DNA from: Albugo candida
Lineage: Eukaryota
Length of the DNA stretch: 64,000 bases
Assembly (NCBI GenBank): GCA_040437565.1
Contig: JBDOQK010000017.1
Span: 496,001 to 560,000, forward strand
Direction of reading: 5' to 3'
The notes below the pieces were generated by a model. That model saw only the letters and a list, made by a program, of their open reading frames with translations. It made no database searches and was not told where the DNA came from. A program made the translations under genes and the position numbers. Numbering within the stretch: the stretch's first letter is position 1; each line of letters opens with the position of its first letter. Below are positions 39,720-51,899 of the stretch, piece after piece.

Positions 39720-41200
39720 AACTTTGGTCAGACGTTCCTGAGGGCGTTTTTTTTTTAGTATTTCCATAAACGGTTTTATTTCCGCTCTACAATGTAGTCG
39801 GAAAGTATTTAACCAAACTTGTGCACAATGTATTATTGAGATTATCAAAAATCCGACAACTAAATAAATCGCGAAGCCGCGACTTGCCATCACCAAAACC
39901 TCAAATAAATTCTGGAGAATCCAGTCTGAATATCTCCACCAATTTAGCGCATTGTCACAACCGAACCGGTTCTATATCGAGGCGACCGTTCCCATACGGC
40001 CATCCCTCTCATATCGACTAGATTGAAAGCGCTTATGTAACTTTATGAATATGCTTATCCATGCGAAAGCGAAACAATGATCGCAGAAGCACTCGGTACA
40101 AGGTTAAATGAAGTGATCTAACGAATATCACCACTCTTCCACCCAAATGCACGCAAGTTTCTTACAGAGTATGAAATCCTCGTGATACAATGTAACGTAT
40201 CAAAGGTTTTCAAGATCTCTATGAACTAGAGAACACCTCTATACCACCTTGTTGCCTGATATCCGACATTTTGCCGCTATAAGATCAGCTTTCAGTGCAA
40301 TGTTCCGTCAAAGAGACTTGTTTTTTTGCGTACTTGTATTACTTTTCGAAGATCGGAGCGATATTCTCGATTCGCTTCTTTTTGCTCACTTTATCCGGCC
40401 GGCCTGCTGCAACTTCCGATAGAATTAGCCTGATAGTACAGTTCCCCACTGATCTCAGACACGTATCTGTCGTATTCTTTTACTCGTCTTCGCATGGTCT
40501 CATACAACTGGAAAAAATAAAGGCTTGCGTTTCTCCTAGCGATACCCCCTACGATGATTCTGCTTTCGTACCGATACCTATCCCATTGCAAGATACCCTC
40601 ATTCTATATCTTCTCATTTTCAAATAAAAAAAATATCACACCAGCGTTTGGCCACTCTCGAGTCAACTATCCAACTAGTCTTTTCTAACATCATTTCTTC
40701 CAGCATCAGTCTAGTTTCAACACGCAACAAACTTCCTCGCTTCTTCTCCGCGGTTATTAATATTGCTCTTTTTATATTGTCATGGATCACAAATTTGTTT
40801 CTGTTACTCAACTCGCGCAGCTTCAGATACGTATTGCTGATGCGAAGACGTACATTAAATTAGATCAGAATGCAGCCCCTCCGGGTCGTTTTTACGATCC
40901 TGACATACCCATCCACCCTTTAGACACGATACACTTATCCAATATTTAGTCTCTCCACTTTACAGGTTTATTAGGCTTCCAATTCATGCACTATTCCAGC
41001 TTTAGAAGTATCCACTTGCGTTGATGTCGAATCCGTGCGAACGAGATACCTTATTACATTCATTGACGAACTACAAGAAACAATATCTACCATATATTTA
41101 CAAAATATTCACCATGTCGGTCCTCATCCTGCTTTGTATTTGCTTGCGCATTTTCGCGTCACTTTTTCAACCATCTTACTCTTTGCAATACTTGGGCACC
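39720..41200 (-). mobile_element. Degenerate Ty1/Copia pol remnant (integrase - RT - RNase H)
   Basis: Minus-strand fragments in Copia order: AGIVHE...VERLN (~41000-40940), MLEKTSWIVD (cf. ENNTWELV), RYESRIIVGG (cf. RYKARLVAKG), GYQATRWY (cf. GLKQAPRAWY), RTGSVVT...GGDI and VKYFPT (RNase H). Confidence 0.6.
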
Positions 41201-44200
41201 TTTCATCATTCTTAATCACGATTACGGTACCACGTTGTCCACCAGCCATATTTTTGACTCGCTTCAAGGCAGGCAGTCTCGAAGGAGCCTGAAGTTGCCT
41301 TAAATGGCATGGTACATTTTTTTACTAATTACTGACTTTACCTCATCGACGCTCGATGGACTTGCAAGGAGTCTAAGGGTATCATCCCTGGAGCAGCCGA
41401 ATGTCATCGACTATGGTTTGTCTCTTTTACTCACACTTATCACGTATATCCTTAAGGACCAGCTTCTATTCCTATCTTTGTAGCGTCAGGAAGACCATGC
41501 TCTGCCTAATTTAAGCCAACCTCATTCGTATCTCGTGCACCCTTAGTCCCTTTGGCGTCGTCCAACGCGGTATCTGCTTGATCGCGACGTTTGATACAAA
41601 CTTCCAACATCATCAAATAGCTCTTGCCATCATTGGTTTCAGGGCAACCAGCAAGCTTGGTCGTGTATCAAATACTCTGTGACATGACCTACGTCATGTA
41701 TTTATGATCAAGAGAGTCTTCGACCAAGTCGTCTTACCGACTCCGGGTCCACTTTCCTGGTTCACGTTTTTACGCTTTATCTTCTTTGAAAAATGATGAC
41801 TTGCTGAATGCTCTAGTGCATTTTTTTCAATTTGGTTTCAACTACCTAATTTTTACATTAGAAACATCTCACGCTTGATATGGCTCGAATAAAGATGAAT
41901 TTTCGGACAGATTTTTTGTTGGTTTTTTCTTGTGCTATATCTTATTGATAGAATCCTTTGGCACATCCCTGTATTGAACATTCTTTTATTGAAATTTCCA
42001 ACTTGGATTATTTAAACAATATATTTGATATGGTAAACCAGGATGCTATTTCCCACGCTTCCTTTTCTGCTCATCATATTCTATAGGAACCCTTCCTATA
42101 GCTCTCTTTCGAACAATGTCTATGAGGTGCCGCACCATTTTCCCGACCAACTTCAATGCTGATATAGATCAATTATTAAGTCGTATCGATCCCAGCGGAT
42201 AGATAGAGTAGTCACATTAATCAGTATTAAAGATAGCATAGACGCCAACGAAGCCAATATATTGTACCATACTTTTACATACACTTCGAAATAAAATAGG
42301 GAGGACCCATAACACATATTCTATTCATGAAGGAATCTTTTTGTATTCTCCCCCTGATTGCATTCGGATAGGTTTGCTGTGAAACAGAAATTAACGCGAT
42401 CAGAGAGACGCGTAGACTAGTATGGTCTCATCAAGTTGATTCTGAGGAAAGTTGCACAGCTAGATGTTTGATGAACATAATCATTACCAACTCATGGATT
42501 TTTGAAATCATATGGACTTTTTTGCTGTCCCGTACAGCAATACGTTAAACAACCACGATCAATAAATTATGGAAACCAAGGGACAGACATCCCAAATTGA
42601 CTGTGGCAAGAAGCACAGGATTGTTACACTTTCACAAGATCTACTTAATCAAGTGACCAGATATTTGAATAAAGGCGAGGACATTTCTAAAACTGTACGA
42701 TGAGACAATGTCAACAGATGATATTTCCAAATCGTTCGTACGATATCACAAACTGAGATACGAGTGCTTCCTGGAATGGTCGTCATCTGATTTTTCACTT
42801 AAAAATTCAACAACTTAAATGATCTGAGAGAGATTTTTATTGATGTCACTGCCTACTTCATTGTAACTGATTTTAGCAAGACATCTGCCATTTTTATTCG
42901 TTTGCCAAGTAAATCCGTTTGACCTAACTAATTGACCGGTCGGGTCCGCGAAATATTGAGAAAATTACACACGCATCACCCGGTCAGTCTTGTCAACGAT
43001 CCGTTCAATTAATTGAAGATTGGATAAGAGGCTTCATCGATACAATTCAATCGACATTAAAACAAATGGACCATCTTACGTGATCTTCATCCGTCAATAC
43101 ATTTGACGGACAGGACATGAAAGTGAACTCTTCAAAACATAATTCTATTTTCTCATGAAATGACACTTTTGACACAAGCAATTGTGCTCTACAATAAGTC
43201 GGGAAACGATTAATTGAAATAGTATGGTCATTCATAAACAACCGGGAGAGAACTAACTTCCGTCTCATCGAGCAAACCGGTCATTTTCAATCGCCTCTTG
43301 CAAAAACGTACGTTCCAGTTTGTCTTCCCATACGGTTGCGTATCTTCTATCCCACTTTATTTGGCTGGACAAGTGTATCTGCGGGTGTCTAGACTTGTGA
43401 ATATAGAAATCACTAAAAAAACTTTAATTGCGAATCTATCTGTAAAAAGCTGGCGGTACCGCTTGCGCTGCGCGCACTGTAAGGTCTTGAATACATGAAC
43501 GGGTAATCTTTTCACACCGCCAAATGCTTTGATAGTCACGAATGGTGGCTAAATCTTTTATTAGCAGTGGAGGAGAACATTGAGCAATCTTACACTGGCC
43601 AAAGCTGTATGGAATCTCAATAAAAGATGGCGTCGTAAAATTTCGTATATTATGATAGAGATCGACCTGCCGATCATTTTATGCTACCCTTTTTTTTAAA
43701 TCTACTTCGAGGACAATACTCAGTGCAGTTTTCTTGTAAACGTTCTAGGTGACAACNNNNNNNNNNNNNNNNNNNNNNNNNNNNNNNNNNNNNNNNNNNN
43801 NNNNNNNNNNNNNNNNNNNNNNNNNNNNNNNNNNNNNNNNNNNNNNNNNNNNNNNNAAAATTTCGTATATTATGATAGAGATCGACCTGCCGATCATTTT
43901 ATGCTACCCTTTTTTTAAATCTACTTCGAGGACAATACTCAGTGCAGTTTTCTTGTAAACGTTCTAGGTGACAACTTTAAGAAGGCAATCCAAAACTTGA
44001 CAGTTAGATATTGATGGTTTTATAGCTACCACACCTAGACAGTACAGTTCCTGTCTCCGATTGATCTATATACTAATGCCTCAATAGTACAGTCGTATTA
44101 TCCACCTGATGAGGCCGGGGCGCAATCTTCAAAAAGAGGATATAAACTAAGCACACAGTGTTGATTCTTTAAGAGGCTACACCATGTGCTGCATATCCAC

Positions 44201-44739
44201 CAAGACGAGTGGGCAAAAGAATCTCTTTAATCGCATTGCACATATTTTTTTTCTTGCGAAACTATCTAATCCACGACCGGAAAGATTTAGATTGGCAAGC
44301 AATAGATCAATATGAATGACATTTTCTTCGTGCGATAGAGAAATAATCGAAGACGGGTCATAGCGCGCCAGGGCCTTGTCTTAAACATCTTCGCTCGCGA
44401 CAAGTGAACAGATTGACTTAGAACACTCGCAATTAAGTCAACATCTCTTAAAAAAATTTCACAAATTCGTCGACAGAATGAAAGTATGGTAAATAGCTGA
44501 GCGATGCCACATTTCACAAGTATGGAACATCTTTTCAGTTTGAATTTTCAAACGTGCGCAGGGCATGGGATAGATCCGTTAAGGGAAAAAAAACTGAGCT
44601 GTCATGTTGCAAGAAAGGCAAAGATAATCAACTTGACGCGTCTGTGTAAAATGGAAAATAATTCCTACTGTTCGATCAAGTTGCGACGTTGTGCAAGCCT
44701 GCGACATCTAACGATCGACAATGCAAGATTCGGATTGTT

Positions 44740-45708
44740 ATGATGACGAATTTTCATGAACAGAAACTTTCGCTATCGTCAGTCACCTATGGTTGCAATA
44801 ACAGCGACAAATCAAGTTGGTTATTTACACTATTGAGTTGTGGCTCGGCCATAATTCTTCTTGAAGATGGAGATGGAGATTAGCAACCTATCTGACATCA
44901 AGTCAGATCATTTCGTACAGGCTCAGAAAAGCGGTTAAGTGAACTAAGGACCTAATAAACGTACTACGGAATCTAAGCTCCCTGGTGAATAGTTGGTTCC
45001 AGAATATCAACCTTTTCACGTTCTTGTTCGTTTTTTGATCGTCTGTATCATCCACAACCAGCTCGAGCTTCATCGAACGACTCCGAAATTTTGTGCTCGG
45101 ATTTATGTCATCGATCACACGCTCGTCCGTGATTGATTGAGTTCTTCATGATGGTTCTACATGCACTGAAATCCCTGGTGGTACCTCCCGATACAAGTGC
45201 AGGCCGAAACCGAAACTTGAGATTGACACTCATCGGAAACTCAAGGAAAATATTCTTGATAAAGATCCTATGAGTTAGGGTTCGGTAAAGTTCACCTCAA
45301 TTTTTCTGGCCTTCAAAATATACAATATCTCTAAGAAAGCTGGATCTAACTCAACCACATGTATCCAATTCGGACGACGAAGGATTCTATGTTACATTTC
45401 AAATATTACATTCTAGCGAGGTTTTTTTCCGGCCAAGTACAAAGATGAGTTATGGCCTTACTCATCGTAAAAAACTAATTCCTGGCGCTGTCAAAGAAAA
45501 AATTCCGTTGGATACGTCGTCTCGGAGTGGAAAAGTGTTACAGCTCAATATCGTAACCATCATGCCTAAAGTGTATCTTCATGATGTAGAAGTAAACGCG
45601 CCGAGCTATGACAGTGTATTACTTGGACAGAGCGCACTGAAGCAATTGCGACTCACAATAACAAAAGACTCTTGGAAAGAGCTTGACGAGCTCATAATAT
45701 ATGATTGA
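44740..45708 (+). pseudogene. Possible diverged pepsin-like pseudogene
   Basis: LFTLLSCGSAIILL sits where a first-lobe FxVxLDTGS motif would be. The C-terminal VTIMPKVYL...SVLLGQSALKQLRLTI resembles the pepsin C-terminal pattern. Broken frames. Confidence 0.3.
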
Positions 45709-48334
45709 TAGCCAAAAATACTATCGAAACTGAGACATTCATACTGTAACTAATCTCAAAAAGCTCAGAATGACAAAGTAATAGTTACTTCCCAACATCC
45801 ATACGTCTCTCTTCTATCTCTATTATAGCTTCTGTATCATAGACAGTCTCTATGCTCACTATTTTCTTGTTGAAGCCCAATTTAGAGGAGTCAGTTTCAA
45901 TTGAATGGAGCGTACTTCTGCATTACAATGCATCATGAACAAGAAGCCCTGTGGTAAACTGATAATACTCGCAGCCTCNNNNNNNNNNNNNNNNNNNNNN
46001 NNNNNNNNNNNNNNNNNNNNNNNNNNNNNNNNNNNNNNNNNNNNNNNNNNNNNNNNNNNNNNNNNNNNNNNNNNNNNNGTCTCTATGCTCACTATTTTCT
46101 TGTTGAAGCCCAATTTAGAGGAGTCAGTTTCAATTGAATGGAGCGTACTTCTGCATTACAATGCATCATGAACAAGAAGCCCTGTGGTAAACTGATAATA
46201 CTCGCAGCCTCACCACTTCATACATATATTGAAGAAGAAGCAGGCTCTAGCCCAACGCCTAAGAGTTCCATTACATCAACCTCAGCGCGCTCTTTCAAAC
46301 GTGAACATTAAGTGTAATATGGGTGTGTGTGTCACGGAGGAACAAAAATCGATAGAAGCCCCATATTTATGGTTCAATGACGAATTTGGACGCCTCCGCT
46401 TCTCTAAAAACCGCACAGAATTTCTTAGAAATTTCGAGATCACCACAAGCTCTATCATCCATTCTACTGCATATTCTGCTCAATCCCCATCCCATTACAA
46501 CTGTTCTTGTCTTTTAATCTCATCATGAAGTCTTCTTTCCTTAATATTTCGTCTCTAACGTTGATATTCTTACCCAAGTCGATCAGAGAGTACAATTTCC
46601 CGTAACCGTACCTGCGCTGATACCACATCACGTCGCAGTAATGCGCACCTTTCTATGACCGTATATATAGCGAAACAAACGAATCATTTATGTAAAGTGA
46701 TTATCACCAAAGCAATATACGAATACTATTTAGAGAACAAGAGGCGGCTGATAGAAGTCAAATTAGAGCATTGTATCGCATCTTCGAGTGCTTTATGTTC
46801 ATGCAACCGTACCGACCTGTTGATTATAATTTGACGAAATTGATCGTGAAATCACCTCTGAATGGTCCATTTCTGGTGAAACCATATGCTTTTTAGTGCT
46901 AAAGCCTATGGTATCGTGAAGAAGTATCATGCTGGTTGAAGAATTACGAAAAAGAAGGGATTCTATTCAGTAAAGGAAACAGTCGCGAGGCTCTTCATTT
47001 TCTCTGTACAGCAGAGGGAACTTGTCCATAGATTTACATGGCCAAAGTGCTATTCTACAAAGAGATGAAAAATACCACAATGAAGATGTGTGAGCTATCG
47101 CGGATGGAAAGTGACGATTAGAGGCTATTTCATCAGGCTCAAATCGAACATCATCGAGATCAACTGTATCGCTAGTCTCATCAACACGAGCTCGCGTTAA
47201 TGGAACTGATTCTGCACATCAAAGTGAAACGTCCGTCAACAAAAAAGCTCTGGAAAAAGTCGGTTTCATTGATATGCTCTTAGCGCGTGCGGATGTTTTC
47301 ACTCGATCGAGGTAACAGGAAGAGGCCAAAGACCTCAATTATGGAGACTCTCAGTTAATGGAAAATAGAAGATACACGAGCTCAACTTCAGTGTATCCAT
47401 CAGAATTGGACTCTACTCACTTTAAATTTATCATTTCTAATCCGTTAAATTCGTAGAATTGCGGTGCAGGATAATACTTTGATTTTGACATAAGCTCCTG
47501 ACGATATTTGCGTGTTACGACTTTGGGCCGACACACTGACGCGTTTTCCGCACGCGTTTGCAGAGAGAAAACGTAATTTGGGGGCTGCTAAAGCGCTGGG
47601 TCCTCATGATATCGACTCGATTGTCGCCATGGGTGCGCTGCGGTCGCAGTATATCAAGTCTTGAAAGAAGACCTCGACTATCAATCGCGAAGCTGGATTT
47701 CTAAAAAAAGCCGCACGTATCGAGGTATCCTGTCTGAAATCATTTCAGAACCAAGGAGCGACGCACTCGAGCTATCGTTATTCGCGCTCATATACATATT
47801 CGCTTGAACGACTTTGAAGCAGCACTTACGGATAACAATCGCATCTACTCAATTCCTAATCATTTGGATGCACAATCGGAAGAAAAAGTTTCTCAAGAAG
47901 CATTCCATACGCAAGCACAAAACGAGTAGTAATAGCGACCTAGTGGTTACTGACACAGGATCAAAATGTCGATATGGATTCCACTAAATCTGCGAGTAAA
48001 GAGATAAAGAAGATAGGCAAGAAGTCTGTAATTCCCCAAAACGCATACAGCACTGAAAAGTCTGAGAAATTGTTCGATCCGATCACACCGCGTAGGACAA
48101 GAGAGCACATCAGTGTCTGCACTTTATTACAGACATAAATTCTGCCATGACACAGCGACTTTGCTCGTATATCATGTCGACAACAGCGAAATTGTCTGTC
48201 ACGATTTTAGAATTGACGGGAACAATTTTCGAGAGTTGGTTAATTTACTTCATCAAAGGAGGTTGTGAAGGCAAGGGGACAGACTCGGGTAGCCTTCAAC
48301 TTTTGACAATTAAGTTCGGTTGTCTATTAACAGA

Positions 48335-48457
48335 CTAAGCTTTTTTTCTGGAATCAGTAGCGTTTGCTAGGATAGGACCTCCGCCGCAACTTGTAAATGC
48401 TGTAGCCAATGTGGTGAAACCAAGTCCAGCGAAGAGTGCAAGTGAGACAGCGTTCAT
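48335..48457 (-). pseudogene. Short signal-peptide-bearing ORF (40 aa); probably a truncated secreted-protein gene
   Basis: MNAVSLALFAGLGFTTLATA-FTSCGGG...; the stop follows an A7 run, suggesting a frameshift. Confidence 0.3.
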
Positions 48458-49580
48458 GTGAGTAATATGGTTTCTCCATAATATTTTTTGCCTGAATGAC
48501 ATACCTCCTGGAACAAAGAAGGATACCGTATCGCGCTTCAGTTCTGGCTGCTTTCTTGTTGAGCACAAAATTTAGAAAAGCGAGGATGTCCGCACTATTT
48601 CCGGTGCATCGAAGCTTGAAAATGTCACCACATTAGTTCTAGTGAAGAAGAATTAGCTTGTCATTCGCCGAAAAAAATGAATCCAAGAAGTTAAAGCTGC
48701 AAAGGTTACGATCGTCAAATGTTAAAGGAACGATTCCAAATGATGTATTGGAAGTTGCTTTTTTTACCGAATGCTTCATCTGTCTCGCACGTTAGCCTAA
48801 AACCTGGCTCTTACTTGTGATAATGCAATTTTTATGGATGTTGCATTGTGAAGTGCTATTAAATCACAAGAAATGCGCCAATAAGGTACATTATGATTTG
48901 CTTTATCCATATTGTCGGTGTCTTGAGTCAAGGAGCAGTCTTTTCTAGCAAGATATTAATTTGGGATATCGTTGAAACGGAAGCATGAGAGTCCAAAGAA
49001 AAAGACAAAACGAAGTAACTTAGAAAAGACAATAAAGGTATAGAAAAGCCTCTCAGGTTGATTGGTTTTTTGTTACCCAAGTTAATGTCTTGCTCAAGCG
49101 ACTATAAACGCTCTTTGAAGAGAGGAATGTATTTTGAACAATTTGTTAAATAAGCACTGTCCATTGGATGAATTGGCTTGCCACATCCAATAGTGCACGG
49201 GATGGAAAATCTCAAGGCGATAGAAAGTTATTGGCGACAGGATGTGGCTAATTGTTTGTATACCTTGCATATAGAGTCTTTTCTGTCTAATCAAGGCATA
49301 CTTTGAATGGCGCATAAAACTGACATTCACTCCTTCATTTCCTATCTTTTTACTCGTATTTATCTTTTACTCCCTCACTGATGGTTTCTGTTGCTATAAT
49401 TCGGTCCATGATGCATTTGTAGTTAGGTATCGGCTATCACTTCACCAGGATGCGTTTCTACATTTTGCCTTATAAATAGAGATGTTATGAAACTCTCATA
49501 CATCACAAATAGAAGTGGTAGATAGAGTTCTCTATTGGTGCAATGTACTCATAAGCGGAAACTATATATATATTGTCAGA

Positions 49581-49813
49581 GATTTCATTACACTGTTTAT
49601 CTGGTTTTTTGGCTGCCTTCCTTGTCCTATCATGAGTCCCTAACCGTGTGAATATCACTTAAGTCTGACTTCAAAGCTAGGGAGGCAGATATTTTCCAAG
49701 CTTATTGCCTAGGTGGGCTTAAACCGCTGCCCACACTGCCGGGAATTGAACTAACGACCTCCGGCAGGGTCTCCGTGCGCTCAAGTGCTTAATCGACTGA
49801 GCTGGGCACGGAC
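49581..49813 (-). mobile_element. tRNA-type SINE-like element, ~233 bp, more diverged copy
   Basis: Colinear with 31902-32135. The boxes are partly mutated (CAGCTCAGTCGA; GTTCAATTC). Confidence 0.8.
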
Positions 49814-50221
49814 TTCTCAATTTGCCAGCTGCAACGCACCTCGCAAACCGGATACACAACAACCAACTTTCAACCACACCACCCTTATTGACTACTATTC
49901 TCTCCAACAGAATGGTTTCTATCGACATTTCGCGTTTACCCATCGTTANNNNNNNNNNNNNNNNNNNNNNNNNNNNNNNNNNNNNNNNNNNNNNNNNNNN
50001 NNNNNNNNNNNNNNNNNNNNNNNNNNNNNNNNNNNNNNNNNNNNNNNNATGAAGATATGGACGTGTCAAGACCGCTGGCAACTACACCAGAAAATAAGTG
50101 TACAGGAGTTGGACGGGCTCTTCAGAGCGTTACATACTAGTGATTAGAATAGAGTAGATAACCACCAAACTGTAGTAACAGAAAGGTGTCTAAATAAAAG
50201 TACTACGGGCGAACACCCTTA

Positions 50222-50242
50222 ACTGAGCTGGGTACGGAACCC
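50222..50242 (-). mobile_element. 5' head fragment of the same SINE-like family
   Basis: Reverse complement GGGTTCCGTACCCAGCTCAGT matches the head at 28322 (GGGGTTCGTACCCAGCTCAGT). Confidence 0.6.
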
Positions 50243-50852
50243 GAGCGAAAACTATATATATTCACTTCGTGATAGACCTACCATACAGATGATTATAGTT
50301 AGAAACAGATGCAAACCATTTTTTTTTTTTTCGACATTGGGTAACATACACATTGTTATCTTGCACGGCGTAATCGCGCTCCTCTACTTAACAGGATTCT
50401 TAATGATGGGTTGGGTGTATGATTTAGAAGTCCAGTACTGTTCGTTGTCAAGTACTGGTTGCGCAGACGATGCTTTTATCACGTCTTTGGAATTACACTA
50501 TGCACGTGGACGTACCAGCGGAGACTATTCGACAGTGAATTCGATGCTGAATCGATTTTTGCTTGGCCAGAATCAAAACAAAAATATTTAAAGTAAAAAC
50601 GCTCACCTGATCATTGAACCAACTTGGCAATGAATTGACTCGGATGATATAGCGTATCCACGATCGGTCTTATCACTGGATCCAACAACCAAAAATGGCA
50701 GATGGTTTTGATATAGGAGTGCAAAGCAAGGAGAGGAAGCATTTTTACATCTATTATGCACTCTTAACTCTCAGTTACCATCTGGAAACCTTCCAGATCA
50801 GCCAAGAGCTATCTGTATTCAACACATTGGTCATCACAGAAGATCGGACGCA

Positions 50853-51035
50853 CTAGATAGAAAACCAGTTCGGGCATTTATGGCTACTCAGCGACTCCGA
50901 CAAAGAAATTACAGCACTTTCGTGACCTACACCACGCTCAGTGCGCACGCTCGTATTTTCGACGACAGTGTAATGACCAAGGGAAACGTATTCGGCTTGC
51001 AAAAAAGCTGGAACAATTAGCAACGCAAGGATCAT
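50853..51035 (-). CDS. Short (60 aa) ORF with signal-peptide-like N-terminus; possibly a gene remnant
   Basis: ATG start and hydrophobic MILALLIVPAFLQA. No other support. Confidence 0.2.
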   Translation of the reverse strand: MILALLIVPAFLQAEYVSLGHYTVVENTSVRTERGVGHESAVISLSESLSSHKCPNWFSI

Positions 51036-51899
51036 TTGCCTATTTTTTTATAGAATTCGACGATTATTGCTGCAGGTCCGGTACAATCAAGAGAAATATA
51101 TGCGCAACTCGGATCCTAGTCTTTTTTGGATGGCTACGCTGAAACTAGAATGCACACATGAATTTTGAAACTCGGTACTTGTCGTTGATTCTACAACGTT
51201 TATATCATTTACAAGTTGGACACAGTCTCGAACTGTAGTGGTATGAGGATACTACAGTACGGGATAATAAGCGAGAAGACTTACTATCACATCTCGAAAA
51301 TTTTCTCATGGTACATGTATATTCCTCTTTTCTTTGCTATCAAATAGAATCTAAATAGTATCACGGGTGATCTGGAAACTTGACGCTTGATATCTTCGAG
51401 AATGATGATATTGAAGATCTATGCGCTAAACCTTAATGAATTGCTTCTGAAGACGCTATAAGGTCTACACTGGAAACAAAAGTAGCAAAAATTGCGTGTG
51501 ACCATCAATTTTGGATTCAGGTTTGGAATGATAACTCTAATCCTTGACTTTCATTCAGATGCACTACATACTCATCTTTCGAATGGATCAAACCAAAAAA
51601 GCATGTTTACTTTGTATGGTTGGGTCTTCATTCCTGCATCAAGCGATGCCCAATATCACTTACCTTTTTTGTAAGACGACGGGAAGCTCTTACATAGGAA
51701 GTTTCTTCATGCGCGCTTGCCATAAAATTTCATAATCTTGGACGGAAACCAATCTTAATTACAGAATTAAACTGATGGATTGATGCGGAAGATCTGCCTT
51801 TAGTTACTGTAGTTTGTTCATCTTAATTCAGCCTGTCTGAGAAGTTGCAAAATTGGCTTTGCAGTGGTAAACAATAAAAATTCAGGGACAAAGATATGT

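Noticed and set aside
40640-40680. Copia protease active site (SWIVDSR)
   Set aside because: Its position between integrase and the RYKARL-like motif fits the start of RT (NxTWxLV) better.
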